From assembly GCA_964234715.1 (NCBI GenBank), contig OZ174289.1: 64,000 bases of DNA; one strand, given 5' to 3'. Position numbers and translations under genes: made by a program. Shown here piece after piece: positions 1 through 12,865 of the stretch. Under the pieces are notes generated by a model. That model searched no databases and was not told the DNA's origin. It saw only the letters and a list, made by a program, of their open reading frames with translations. The DNA comes from Podarcis melisellensis. Its lineage: Eukaryota. Position 1 is the first letter of the stretch. Every line of letters begins with the position of its first letter.

Positions 1-80
1 GCCCAACAACATCTGGAGGCCCACAGATACCAGGTCTGTTGGATTCTTAATTCTTTGCACTCTCCTATTTCTCTGCACAG

Positions 81-415
81 GAACTGATGAACATGGTCTG
101 AAGATCCAGATGACAGCAGCAGCTGCAGGCAGTTCCCCTGCACCGTTCTGTGACTGTATGTCAGCTAAATTCAAAGAACTCTTCACCCAGGCGGGCATCT
201 CTTATACAGACTTCATCCGTACCACAGAACCTCGGCACAAACAGGCTGTAGAGCATTTCTGGGCTGCTCTGCAGGACCAGGGCTGGCTCTACCAGGCCCA
301 CTATGAAGGCTGGTACTGTACTGCTGAAGAAACGTTCTTGGCTGCTTCCCAGGTCACTGAGCGTCCTGATGCTCATGGCAACAGGCACATGGTCTCGCTT
401 GAGAGTGGCCACCAG
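81..415 (+). CDS. MARS2: Mitochondrial methionyl-tRNA synthetase, internal coding exon (gene start lies upstream of the window)
   Basis: Acceptor ctctgcacag|GA at 80/81 and donor CAG|gtaatg at 415/416. Translates (G)TDEHGLKIQ...FIRTTEPRH...YEGWYC...SLESGHQ, which includes the MetRS GTDEHG and YEGWYC motifs. Confidence 0.93.
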
Positions 416-953
416 GTAATGAAAAGCCCCTCTGTATGAGTTCCCCTCTGTGTCTTTTCAGTTCTGATAGGGAAGCCCTGTTTTGTAGGGTTCCATCACT
501 CGGGGAAGTATCTTTTGGGATTTGCAGCAGAGTCTGCTTTAGGATGGCCCCTATGATCTCATGCAACACATCTCAACAAGCATTTGGGGCAAATAGGAAG
601 CACACAGATGCAGTTATATTTTAGAAACACTTTTCATCTTACCTCTGCCTTGGCTTTAAGCAAGAAAGGCTTCAGTGATACTTCTGAAATTTAATTATTT
701 ATTCACCATAAATATTCCCAGGTTGAGTCACATAAGAATAAAACAAATACTATTAAAAAATTTAAAGGAAGATTGAGAGCAGTGGATTAGCAACTGTAAA
801 CAATTAAATTGTTTTCAGAGTTAGAAGCTGGTGGGTGGGTGTTAAAGAAATATATTTCCATGGTGCTGAAAAGTTAGCAAAGTAGGTATCAGGTGGCCCT
901 CCTTTAGTAGAGCATTTCAGAGACACATGGTATGACACAGTGAGAAGGCCCTG

Positions 954-1131
954 GCTACATTCACACCATACATTTAAACACCTGCTTTTCCCCTACAATC
1001 CTGAGAACTGTCATTTATTAAGGGTGCTGGGAACTGTAGCTCTGTGAGGGATAAACTACAGTTCTGAGGATTCTTATTTGGGGAACAGGTGTGATTTAAA
1101 TGTGCTTGAAATGTATGTTGGGTACACAGCC
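954..1131. mobile_element. Short foldback MITE-like repeat; related copies at about 3385-3555 and 20870-21030
   Basis: Imperfect inverted ends (ggctacattcacaccatacattt ... aaatgtatgttgggtacacagcc). The internal gggaactgtag/ctacagtt arms recur in the other copies. Confidence 0.5.
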
Positions 1132-1696
1132 CCTCACTCCATACTTCACCCCCCTCACTTTGATGACCACAGCACATTGGCAGACTGATGTGAAATCTCA
1201 AGTCCATAGTCATTGCTTTGATTTTTTTTCACCTCCAACCTTTGATTATTATATTTGAAGACCTACCTCTTTTTATCCTGCTAAGAAATCCTCCTCTGCC
1301 CCTTCCTTTTCATGCAGTAGCAAGAACACAGTCACATTGACTTTACTGCATGGCTGATTCCCAAATGACTGCAGACACCACGAGGTTACGTAGTGTCACC
1401 AAGCAATGCTGCATCTTGCAAAATCGCTCCAGAAGGGCTTCTGTCCAGCCATTCAATTGCAAGCATACAAACGTTCTGTGTGAGTGAGGGAGGCTGAATG
1501 ATGAGAAGAGGTTGCTATATGAGTCATGGCTTAGAAATTTGGCTCCGTTTTCTATAATGTGTCTCTACCATAGGAAGGGGCATTGGAAAATGCAAATGTC
1601 TCTTGCAACATTGGTACACACAATCTCATGCTTTTTTTACAGGTGGAATTATAGCAGAAATGACTGAGCAATTAAGTCACGTATGAGGTCAAATAA

Positions 1697-2050
1697 GGGA
1701 CGCGGGTGGCGTTGTGGGTTAAACCACAGAGCCTAGGACTTGCCGATCAGAAGGTCGGCGGTTCGAATCCCCGTGACAGGGTGAGCTCCCATTGCTCGGC
1801 TCCTGCTCCTGCCAACCTAGCAGTTCGAAAGCACGTCAAAGTGCAAGTAGATAAATGTACTGCTCCGGTGGGAAGGTAAACAGCATTTCCGTGTGCTGCT
1901 CTGGTTCGCCAGAAGCGGCTTAGTCATACTGGCCACATGACCCGGAAGCTGTACGCCGGCTCCCTCAGCCTATAAAGCAAGATGCGCGCTGCAACCCCAG
2001 AGTTGGTCACGACTGGACCTAATGGTCAGGGGTCCCTTTACCTTTACCTT
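1697..2050 (+). mobile_element. Sauria SINE, full length
   Basis: tRNA-like head GGGACGCGGGTGGCG..GGTTCGAATCCC and (ACCTTT)n tail. 14-bp TSD tatgagg[t/c]caaata at 1682-1695 and 2051-2064. Confidence 0.9.
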
Positions 2051-3649
2051 TATGAGGCCAAATATGTGTGTGCTTCACAATCGTGCTGCACAAGCATAGA
2101 AATTTGATAATTGGTGGAAAATTCAACATCCTGGGAATTTCCTGGGGATTTGAAAAGCAAGTTTCTAGTCCTTCAGTTTGCAAAGTTAATATGTAATACC
2201 TGTCACAATCTCAGAAGTGAGCAAGTGGGGCTGAGCAAGATTTCCAGTAAGAAGCCATTAACAGTTGTGTTTCTGTATTCTATGAGAAGCAAAGAAAAAT
2301 CAGTCCTGTACATTAATAGTGAAAGTTCTCTGACTCTGAATCTTAATTTTGCTGAAATATCAAAACTGCATAAGAAGGAATTAGCAGCAGGCTCAGAGGA
2401 ACCTTGTAGAAACACAAAAACCTTAAGGGAATAAAAGCTATAAAGGTGACGGATGGGAACTAAGTGAGGATTGAGCAAATTTAGTGGGCACAGAATGATG
2501 ATGGAGTTTTGTGTGGGAGGGGGAATGGAGCCTGGAAAGATAGAAAGAATGTGTGGCCGGGACCTTGAACACTCCAAGCAAGACACTTAGCACTGCAACA
2601 CTTTGTTGCAGGTTCGACTTGTTGGTGTAACATAAGCAGACACATTAGGGTTGCTTAATTTGCACAATTTATGCAGGTTATAGGATTTGGTTTCTCTTGG
2701 CACCAAACAATGCAGCATATGCACAGCCTCGGATTATGCAGAAACAACAATTTGGCCTTTAATTCTGAGTGGACATTTTCTGCATGTTATGAGGGATTTA
2801 ATTTATTTCTATACATTGTTTAATACTTAATCCATTTTGGAGGGCATAGCTGGTGTTTGTGTGAATGAGCCTGCTTTATTATAGAAAGGCATGGTATAAA
2901 TGCTGGGGGGAAATGAATAATGGTTCCTGGTTATTGACTGAAGCAGGGCAGTCCAACTTTTCATACTAAGTGGGCTGCAAGAGTACTTCAACACAGAACC
3001 AGCAAACCGCATGCCGTGTTGTCATGGGGACTGGAATGCTAAAATGTGATGCCCCCTCATGCTGCCAGATAAATGAGGTACTGGTTTTTGGCAAGGAGGT
3101 ATGAGGCTTAAGCAGCACCACCTCCTTCCCGAAGCTGGAGAAGCAGGAACAAGGTTTTGGAAAGGAGGCAGGAGGACCCTCATGCCTCCTTCTCAAAGCC
3201 TAGTGCCTTGCTTAGATGGTTGGGGAGAGTCAAACGTTGCTGAGGGCCACCTGAAAGGCCTCAAGAGTGACATGTGGCCCTTGGGCCATGTGTTGAACCG
3301 TCCTGGTATGAAGGAATATCGTGTAGCAATTTTTCTGGAGCCTAGCAAGTCTGAGGACCCATGTGTGCTATATTTTCAGTAAAGTGTCCTGGGAACTGTA
3401 GTTTCGTAAGGGTGCTGAGAGATTTTAGGAGACCCGCCCCCCATTACCTTTGCAGAGCCACAGTTACCAACACCCTTACCAAACTACAGTTCTCAGAATT
3501 CTTTGGGGGAAGCCAAAGCCAAGATATTGCTTTAAATGTTTGTGTTCATGGGGTTTGAGAGTGGTCAGTGCCTGGATGGGAGGTTGCCTAGGAGCTCTAT
3601 ATATGCTGCCTTAAACTCTATGAAATAAAGGGGGAATATAAATGTTTGG

Positions 3650-4092
3650 TTGGTTTTTCAAATTAGAATTTTACAGTCTTGTGTCCAATTTACAACATAA
3701 AAACAAGATTCCAAAGAATCTCTTGGACTTCCCTCCTCCCTTTGTGGGCCCTCTTGTTAATCATTTCCTCCTGCATCTTTTATGATAATCCAAAATCTTT
3801 TGTGTCCAAAATTCACCATTAAACTACAAGTGATATTCCAATCCCACTAACGATTTTAACTGCTTACAATGGTTTGTAAAATAAGTTATAATCTTTCCCC
3901 ATTCCTTATTAAAATTTCGGTCTTCCTGATTTCTTATTCTTCTGGTCATTTTGGCCATTTCAGCATAATCCATCAACTTGATCTGCCATTCTTCTCTGGT
4001 AGGGACTTTATCTTCTTTCCATCTCTGGACCAATAACATCTGCACGGCTGTGGTCGTATACATAAATACTCTTATCTGCTCCCTTGGGATTT
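3650..4092 (-). mobile_element. L1-clade LINE 3' fragment in the MARS2 intron
   Basis: Minus-strand translation MYTTTA..WKEDKVPTREEWQIKLMDYAEMAK matches the ORF2 C-termini of the other L1 copies in this window. Confidence 0.8.
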
Positions 4093-4366
4093 CAGCATGG
4101 GGGGAATATAAATGTAATGAGATGTGGGCGAACTTCTGGCCTTGCAGATGTTGTTGGACTCTAATTCCCATCAGCCCCAGCCAGCATAGTTTGGGCTGAT
4201 GGGAGTTGTACTTATGAACTATAAAGGGCAATGGGAGTAATAGTCCAGCAATATCTGGAAGGCCAAATGTTCCATCATAGATGCAATGAATATAAACAAA
4301 TAAATAACTATTTGTAGGGGAGACAGCAAAAAAAAGGTTGTGACCAGTTTCTCTCTTGCATCTCAG

Positions 4367-5512
4367 GTGCACTGGACCAAAGAGGAGAACTTCATGTTCA
4401 AACTGTCTGAATTCCGGGAACCTTTGCTGAGATGGCTCCAGGACAGCAAGGCAGCCATAACCCCTGAGCCTTTCCACCAGCAGGTGCTCCACTGGCTGGA
4501 GCAGGACTTGCCTGACCTCTCTGTGTCGCGTGACCGAAAGCGGCTGCAGTGGGGCATCCCTGTCCCCCACGACTCGACGCAGACCATTTACGTCTGGGTT
4601 GATGCCCTGGTGAACTACCTGACCGTTGTGGGTTATCCTGACACACACCACACCTGGTGGCCCCGTGCAACCCACATTGTGGGCAAAGATATCCTCAAGT
4701 TCCATGCCATCTACTGGCCTGCCCTCCTCATGGCAGTGGGGCTAGAGCCTCCAGAGAAAATCCTGGTGCACTCCCACTGGACAGTTCAGGGGCAGAAGAT
4801 GTCAAAAACTCTGGGCAATGTGGTAGACCCTCAGGCCTGTTTCCAGCGGTACTCAGTGGATGGCTTTCGGTACTTCCTGCTGAGACAGGGTGTCCCTGAG
4901 CGAGACTGCGACTACTATGATGAGAAGGCTGTCAACTTGGTCAATTCAGAGTTGGCTGATGCCTTGGGGGGTCTTCTTAACCGGTGCACGGCCCCCAGCC
5001 TCAACCCCAGTGGAAGCTACCCAGGCTTTTCAGAGGCATGTTTCCCTCGGGTCATGGATCTTCATAATAGGAGAGGCAAAGCCATGGCTGAGGACTACAA
5101 ACTGGTGTCATCAGTGAAAGACCTGCCTGCTCATGTGAGCGACTGCTTCGAACGCTTTCAGATCTACAAAGCTTTAGAATCGATCCTGGACTGCGTGAGG
5201 CAGACAAATGGCTTCCTTCAGAGGCACGCACCTTGGAAACTACGTCGTGAAGATCCTGAGGAGCAGCAATGGCAAGACACTATCCTGCACGTCACTCTGG
5301 AATGCCTTCGGATTTATGGAAGCCTCCTGCAACCAATGATCCCAAACACTGCTGATAAAATCCTCACCAGGCTGGGTGTTAGTCCCACAGAAAGGTCTCT
5401 AAGCAACTTGAACTTTCTTCCTCGCTACTATGGCGAAAGGTCTCCCTTTGAAGGCAGGAGGCTTGGGCCAGATGCTGGGCTCCTATTTCCAAAGCTGGAG
5501 AAATCCAAATGA
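4367..5512 (+). CDS. MARS2: Mitochondrial methionyl-tRNA synthetase, terminal coding exon
   Basis: Acceptor tctcag|GTG, phase 0, in frame with the previous exon. Encodes [42 protein letters not shown] and the anticodon-binding helical domain. Stop TGA at 5510-5512. Confidence 0.95.
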   Translation: MHWTKEENFMFKLSEFREPLLRWLQDSKAAITPEPFHQQVLHWLEQDLPDLSVSRDRKRLQWGIPVPHDSTQTIYVWVDALVNYLTVVGYPDTHHTWWPRATHIVGKDILKFHAIYWPALLMAVGLEPPEKILVHSHWTVQGQKMSKTLGNVVDPQACFQRYSVDGFRYFLLRQGVPERDCDYYDEKAVNLVNSELADALGGLLNRCTAPSLNPSGSYPGFSEACFPRVMDLHNRRGKAMAEDYKLVSSVKDLPAHVSDCFERFQIYKALESILDCVRQTNGFLQRHAPWKLRREDPEEQQWQDTILHVTLECLRIYGSLLQPMIPNTADKILTRLGVSPTERSLSNLNFLPRYYGERSPFEGRRLGPDAGLLFPKLEKSK

Positions 5513-6796
5513 ACCCAATTTCCAAAGCTGGAAAAATCTACAGATGCTGCAGAAGATCACCCACAAGTAGTCTCTTTTTATGCTTTCAGAAGGAGAAAAA
5601 AAGATGGCAACTTGTGCCTTGTGGTTACATTTTAGTAAATGGTTGGCGGCCCGGTGTAGGTATTTACTCTCTTAAGTTCATTCACAATAGTGCCTAGTAA
5701 CAAGGTTCATTCATTGAAAGGGAGAGCTAGCTTGGCTCTGGTGCATATTACTCTGATGGCCCCACTGAGGATAATAATTCCTTTTAAGGCACATCTCTTA
5801 TCAATCCCCACGCACAGAAGATTTAGGATAGCACTCACTTCTCATTGAGCAGTCTGAGGATGTGGTGTGGTGTGTTGGTGAAGGCTGAACATTTTTGCTG
5901 AATATCATCCAGGTGTCAGCAAAGTAGAAGTGGCAGAGTATGGCTTTGCCCACACACTGGTTGAGGAGGACAGTCACAAATGGTGAGCTGGGGTTCTTAT
6001 TGTCCCAGATGGGGTCCAGCCTGTGGGGTCCAGCTGCCACTTGGCAATCAGTCATGGCTTGAAGAGGCACTCCACCCTTTCAAAAACCTCCATGCCTTTG
6101 GAAAACACGTTGCCAAAGTCTGTTCTCCAGTTCAGGAAAAATTCCCAGTATGAGAAACAGAACATTGTTTGTATTCCAGAGGCTGGGGAGACAGGGAAGC
6201 ATGGGTTTAATGTCTGTGAATGCTGGCATATTAATGTGGCAGGGATGTGAAGCTTGAGGACAGGGATGTGGAAACTATGGCCCTCCAGATTTTCTGGGGC
6301 TCCCAGCTCCCATTAGCCCCAGCCAGCATAGCTGATACTCAAGGATGATGGAAGTTGGAGTCAGGCAACATCTGGAAAGCCACATCTTTCCCACCTTGCA
6401 GTGTCCCACAATACAGATGCAGGCAGAACATAGATGAAGCTCTTGAGTGATTTGCAGGATATCAGCAGTGGTTTGGGATGCCCAGTGGTTTAGCAATTGC
6501 AACAATAAACAGCCCCCCCAATTAAGCTGCTGAAACAAATTTTGGAGGAAAACCAACGACTGGAGTCAAGGTTTTCATTCTGGTAGTGAAAACAAATTGC
6601 TACCTGAGCAGGCGGTGCTTTTCTTTATTCTAAATGCATGTCCAGGAGCACCACCCAAGCCAACATTCAATACATGGTTCCTATGGGTGGATTTCGGGGT
6701 CCTATTAACAACAGGATCTCATAAACTTGGAGTCTGCCTACCCCTGTCATGTACGTTGGTCTTTAAATTTGGGATGGGGAAACTAGTCCTCTAGAT

Positions 6797-6932
6797 CAGT
6801 GTTTCCCAACCTTGTGCCTCCAGCTGTTTTTGGACTACAATTCCCATCATCCCTTGCCACTGGTCTTGCTAGTCAGGGATGATGGGAGTTGTAGTTCAAA
6901 AACAGCTGGAGGCACAAGGTTGGGAAACACTG
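6797..6932. mobile_element. hAT-type hairpin MITE nested in a related older copy
   Basis: Near-perfect inverted arms CAGTGTTTCCCAACCTTGTGCCTCCAGCTGTTTTTG / CAAAAACAGCTGGAGGCACAAGGTTGGGAAACACTG, flanked by duplicated ctagat. Decayed relatives occur near 4120-4280, 6265-6395, 13385-13490, 18460-18600, 25740-25870, 57300-57430 and 62655-62765. Confidence 0.75.
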
Positions 6933-7390
6933 CCTAGATATTTCTGGGCTCCCACTCTCATCAGTCCCAGTCAGCAGGCCATAGATCAGAGACATTGGAA
7001 AGAGCCATAGCTCAGTAGCAGAGAATCTGCTTTGCATCCCTGACAACTCTAGATAGGGCTGGGGGATAGTCTTGCCTGAATCCTGGACAGCTACTGTCAG
7101 GCAGTATAGACAATACTGAGCTAGATGACCCCATGGTAAAGCAGCTTCCTATGTTCCTATCATAATGGATAGGATATCATAATGGATATTAACTGATTCA
7201 CAAATGTTAATTTGAATAAAGTAATAGTTCTGCTTTTAGATCAGGAATTGCCTTCCAGATGTGGGGCTCCAGTTCCCTTCAACCACAGACAGAACAGCCA
7301 ATGCAGAGATTATGTAACTGCACTCTAATAACTTGCTTTGTTGCTAAGAAGGTATCTAGCACCTGCAACTTTTGTAACCGTGTGTGTGTA

Positions 7391-7770
7391 AAAGGTAAAG
7401 GTCAAGGACCCCTGGGTGGTAAAGTCCAGCCAAAGGAGACTATAGGGTGCAGCGCTCATCTCGCTTTCAGTCCAAGGGAGCCGGCGTTTGTCCACAGACA
7501 GCTTTCCAGGTCATGTGGCCAGCATGACTAAACCACTTCTGGTGCAGTGGGACACCGTGATGGAAACCAGAGCACACAGAAACACTGTTTACCTTCCCGC
7601 CACAGCGGTACCTATTTATCTATGTGCACTGGTGTGCTTTCGAACTGCTAGGTTGGCAGGAGCTGGGAAAAACCAACAGGAGCTCACTCTGTTGCGGGGA
7701 TTCGAACCACCGACCTTGTGATCGGCAAGCCCAAGAGGCTCAGTGGTTTAGACCACAGCACCACCCGCTC
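7391..7770 (-). mobile_element. Sauria SINE
   Basis: AAAGGT tail at the left end, conserved core (gggtcatgtggccagcatgactaa-like), and reverse-complemented B box ggattcgaacc near 7698-7708. Confidence 0.85.
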
Positions 7771-7859
7771 ACCACCTTTTTATTATATATATACACACAT
7801 GCAAAATTAATTGAGAGTATCCTTTTATAATTAATCAAATACCCCAGTAATGAGAGGTT

Positions 7860-10800
7860 GTTGTTGTTGTTTAGTCGTTTAGTCGTGTCCGACTCTTCGT
7901 GACCCCATGGACCAGAGCATGCCAGGCTCTTCTGTCTTCCACCGCTTCCCGCAGTTTGGTCAAACTCATGTTGGTAGCTTCGAGAACACTATCCAACCAT
8001 CTCGTCCTCTGTCGTCCCCTTCTCCTTGTGCCCTCCATCTTTTCCAGCATCAGGGTCTTTACCAGGGAGTCTTCTCTTCTCATGAGGTGGCCAAAGTATT
8101 GGAGCCTCAGCTTCACGATCTGTCCTTCCAGTGCGCACTCAGGGCTGATTTCCTTAAGAGTGGATAGGTTTGATCTTCTTGCAGTCCATGGGACTCTCAA
8201 GAGTCTCCTCCAGCACCATAATTCAAAAGCATCAATTCTTCGGCGATCAGCCTTCTTTATGGTCCAGCTTTCACTTCCATACATCACTACTGGGAAGACC
8301 ATAGCTTTTACTATACAGACCTTTGTCGGCAAGGTGATGTCTCTACTTTTTAAGATGCTGTCTAGGTTTGTCATTGCTTTTCTCCCAAGAAGCAGGTGTC
8401 TTTTAATTTTGTGGCTGCTGTCACCATCTGCAGTGATCAAGGAGCCCAAGAAAGTAAAATCTCTCACTGCCTCCATTTCTTCCCCTTCTATTTGGCAGGA
8501 GGTGATGGGACCAGTGGCCATGATCTTCGTTTTTTTGACGTTGATGTTGAGCTTCAGACCATATTTTGCACTCTCCTCTTTCACCCTCAATAAAATATTC
8601 TTTAATTCCTCCTCACTTTCTGCCATCAAGGTTGTTGATATTTCTTCCGGCAATCTTAATTCTGGCTAGGGATTCATCCAGCCCAGCCTTTCGCATGATG
8701 AATTCTGCATATGTTAAATAAGCAGGGAGACAATATACAGCCTTGTCATACTCCTTTCCCACTTTTGAACAATCAGTTGTTCCATATCCAGTTCTAACTG
8801 TAGCTTCTTGTCCCACATAGAGATTTCTCAGGGGACAGATGAAGTAATCAGGCACTCCCATTTCTTTAAGAACTTGCCATAGTTTGCCGTGGTCGACACA
8901 GTCAAAGGCTTTTGCATAGTCAATGAAGCAGAAGTAGATGTCTTTCTGGAACTCTCTAGCTTTCTCCATAATCCAGCACATGTTTGCAATTTGGTCTCTG
9001 GTTCCTCTGCCTCTTCTAAATCCAGCTTGCACTTCTGGGACTTCTCAGTCCACATACTGCTTGAGCCTCCCTTGTAGAATTTTAAGCATAACCTTGCTAG
9101 CCTGTGAAATGAGTCCAATTGTGCGGTAGTTGGAGCATTCTTTGGCACTGCCCTTCTTTGGGATTGGGATGTAGACTGATCTTCTCCAATCCTCTGGCCA
9201 CTGCTGAGTTTTCCAGACTTGCTGGCATACTGAGTGTAGCACTTTAACAGCATCATCTTTTAAAATTTTAAATAGTTCAGCTGGAATACCATCACTTCCA
9301 CTGGCCTTGTTATTTGCACTGCTTTCTAAGGCCCATTTGCCTTCACTTCTGGCTCAAGGTCAGCAACCACACTACCTGGGGTGTACGAGCCATTCATATC
9401 CTTCTGGTATAATTCCTCTGTGTATTCTTGCCACCTCTTCTTGATGTCTTCTGCTTCTGTTAGGTCCTTACTACTTTTGTCCTTTATTATGGTAATCTTT
9501 GTACGAAATGTTCCTTTCATATGTCCAATTTTCTTGAACAGATCTCTGGTTCTTCCCATTCTGTTGTTTTCCTCTATTTGCATTGCTCGTTTAAGAAGGC
9601 CTTCTTGTCTCTCCTTGCTATTTTTTTGGAAATCTGCATTAAATTTCCTGTATCTTTCACGATCTCTCTCGCATTTTGCTTGCCTTCTCTCCCCCGCTAT
9701 TTGTAAGGCCTCGTTGGACAGCCACTTTGCTTTCTTGCATTTCCTTTTCATTGGGATAGTTTTCGTTGCTGCCTCCTGTATAATGTTACGGGCCTCCATC
9801 CATAGTTCTTCAGGCACTCTGTCCAGCAAATCTAAATCCTTAAACCTGTTCCTCACTTCCACTGTGTATTCATAAGGGATTTGATTTAGATTGTATCTTA
9901 CCGGCCCAGTGGTTTTTCCTACTTTCTTCAGTTTAAGCTTGAATTTTGCTATAAGAAGCTGATGATCTGAGCCACAGTCAGCTCCAGGTCTTGTTTTTGC
10001 TGACTGTCTAGAGCTTTTCCATCTTTGGCTGCAGAGAATATAATCTATCTGATTTCGATGATGCCCATCTGGTGATGTCCATGTGTAGAGTCGTCTCTTG
10101 TGTTGTTGGAAAAGCGTGTTTGTGGTGACCATCTTGTTCTCTTGACAGAACTCTATTAGCTTTTCCCCTTCTTCGTTTTGATCTCCAAGGCCAAACTTGC
10201 CAGTTGTTCCTTTTATCTCTTGATTCCCTACTTTAGGATTCCAATCCCCTATAATGAGAAGAACATCCTTCTTTGGTGTCACTTCTATAAGGTGTTATAA
10301 GTCTTCATAGAATTGGTCAATTTCAGTTTCTTCAGCACTAGTAGTTGGTGCATAAACTTGGATTACTGTGATGTTAAAAGGTCTGCCTTGGATTCATATC
10401 GAGATGATTCTATCATTTTTGAGATTGCATCCCAGTACAGCTTTCGCCACTCTTTTGTTGACTATGAGGGCCACTCCATTTCTTTTACGGGTTTCTTGCC
10501 CACAGTAGTAGATATGATGGTCATCTGAACTGAATTTGCCCATTCCCGTCCATTTTAGTTCACTAATGCCCAGGATGTAAATATTTATTCTTGCCATCTC
10601 ATTTTTGACCACATCCAACTTGCCTAGGTTCATGGTTCTTACATTCCAGGTTCCTATGCAATATTTTTCTTTACAGCATTGGACTTTCCTTTCACTTCCA
10701 GGCATATCCGCAACTGAGCGTCCTTTCAGCTTTGGCTCAGCCGCTTCATCAGCTCTGAATCTACTTGTACTTGTCCTCCGCTCTTCCTCAGTAGCATGTT

Positions 10801-11049
10801 GGACGCCTTCCAACCTGAGGGGCTCATCTTCCAGCGTCATAACTTTTATATGCCTGTTGTCTTTGTCCATGGAGTTTTCTTGGCAGGGATACTGGAGTGG
10901 CTTGCCGGTTCCTCCTCCAGGTGGATCACGTTTGGTCAAAACTCTCCACTATGACCTGTTCATCTTGGGTGCCCTGCTCAGCATAGTTCATAGCTTCTCT
11001 GAGTTATTCAAGCCCCTTCACCACGGCAAGGCAGTGATCCATGAAGGGG
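7860..11049 (-). mobile_element. Near full-length BovB-like RTE LINE (about 3.2 kb), frameshifted and inactive
   Basis: Minus-strand ORF pieces give the APE endonuclease (IGTWNVRTM, LGISELKW, IGDWN, NQIDYIL, GSDH), RT (FIDYAKAFD) and C-terminal IDAFELWCWRRLLRVPW. (CAA)n tail at about 7860-7872. 11-bp TSD aatgagaggtt at 7849-7859 and 11050-11060. Confidence 0.93.
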
Positions 11050-12865
11050 AATGAGAGGTTAGTGCTCTGCTAAAGCATGGAGTATTGTAAATGTGTGTAT
11101 ATGTATGTGCGCCATTGCTACTGAAACACACCTGACTGTATATATGCCATTGGATGAAGTTAGTTTTCAATTCTTCCACATGCTTTAGCCCTAATACCTG
11201 CTTTAAAGGCCAGACCTGGGGAATGTGAGTGAATAAGAGTCTGCTACGAGTAGAACTTTCTGCTTGTGTCTATCTCTATTTTCCTAGCAGCAAGTCATAC
11301 AGATGTCAGGGTTTATTAACTGTCTATCCAGCCTTTCCAAGAAGGAGCTTAAGGCAGTGTCCATGGACTCCTTTATCACCAACCCCTTATTTATTCCCTC
11401 GCAACAACCCTACTTAAGAGAGAGATTGACTGGCCTAGGCAGAGGTGTATCTAGGGGGGCTGGCCAAGTTAGCCCCCACCCCAGCAGGTAGCACACACAC
11501 TGCACAAAAATCACACAGTTGCTTGGCACTCCTGGGTTACCAGGCAGTCTTGGTTGGGAGAGTCCCTGCTCTTCTACCTGCTCACAACCATCTCGTAAGG
11601 TGATGGGCAAGGATCATAGATCTGGGCAGTGTGTGGCCCCTTCAGGGAGTGGGAACAAAGAAAGAACTGAGTGCACAATTTTGGGGGATCTCAAACCTGT
11701 GGTGTGAAACTACCTGGTTGTCTGCTTCCTTGCAATTAGTGCTCAAGGGAAGGGCAGGGAAGCGCACAGGAAAATGAAACAAAAAGGATGACTGGAGGGG
11801 GCCCCTAGTTCTGAGCATGGAGTTGCAGTGCAAGCTATTTACTAAATGGGTACAGTTGCTGAATCCCCAAGAACAGGGCATCAGCCTGCAGACTGAAGAA
11901 GATATGAAAGATATAAAAATTGCATAAAGCACCTTGTAAACAAAAGGGAAGGCTGATAGAAATGACAAACAAATAACAGCCATAATCATGTGCCAATATC
12001 ATTTCTGTATCCCAGGTGGTGGTCAACACTTTTTAGGATCCAAAGGCACATTTGCAATCCTGAGCAACGTATTGTGGGCACCACGTATAATGTGAGCACT
12101 GATCTAAGGCTTGGCAGAATTCTAAGATCGCTTCAGCAAGAAACAACTGAGCCTAAACTTTGTATAGTAGCAGCAGCAGCTTAATCCTAACTGTCATCCT
12201 CACCAGCATTGTAAGATGCTGCTTTACTGAAGCAGGTGCCAACCCCTTCAGCAATTCTGCCACAAGCAGGAGAGCTTCTGGTTTCACCTGGTCTTCTGCT
12301 CTGGAATTCTCCAAGGATGACAACAGAGTCACAGCTGAAAAACTTCATGCACCCTTTAACATGCCAGGAGAACAAAAACCCTGTTTACCTTCAAGCATCA
12401 TTTGTGGAAGGCCTCTCCTTCTGGGGATTTTCCTCTATCTTTGAGGTTGACCTTATTCAGTTAGAACTGAGAACCACTTGCCCATAGTCTTATTATTTAT
12501 TCTGATTATCTTATGAATACTGCACAATTAATTATATTCATCTGCCCCAGCTGCAACAAAACATGTCTCTTCTGCATCAGTCTCTACAGCCATAGCACTG
12601 CAACCTTTTGACTTCACACACAAAGGTGCACTCCTCCATTGTTGCCCAAGACAGACGCCAACCAGTTATATTCCATTTAGTTAGTCACTACTTCTAGACC
12701 AGATTAAAACAGCAAACCTAAAATTATATACCAAACCCAACAGAATTCACATTGGATTCACTTATGGGTAAGCATGTTTAAAGATGACAACTCTGCAGCA
12801 CAATCTTATCCACGCTAACAGTAAAATCCTAACCAAATCTCAGGAGTAAATTTCAGTGGAATTTA

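Noticed and set aside
3824-4705. 293-aa minus-strand ORF
   Set aside because: Chimera of the antisense of the MARS2 exon, a MITE and an L1 ORF2 C-terminus. Not a gene.
7899-11054. Several plus-strand ORFs up to 256 aa
   Set aside because: Antisense shadows of the BovB ORF.
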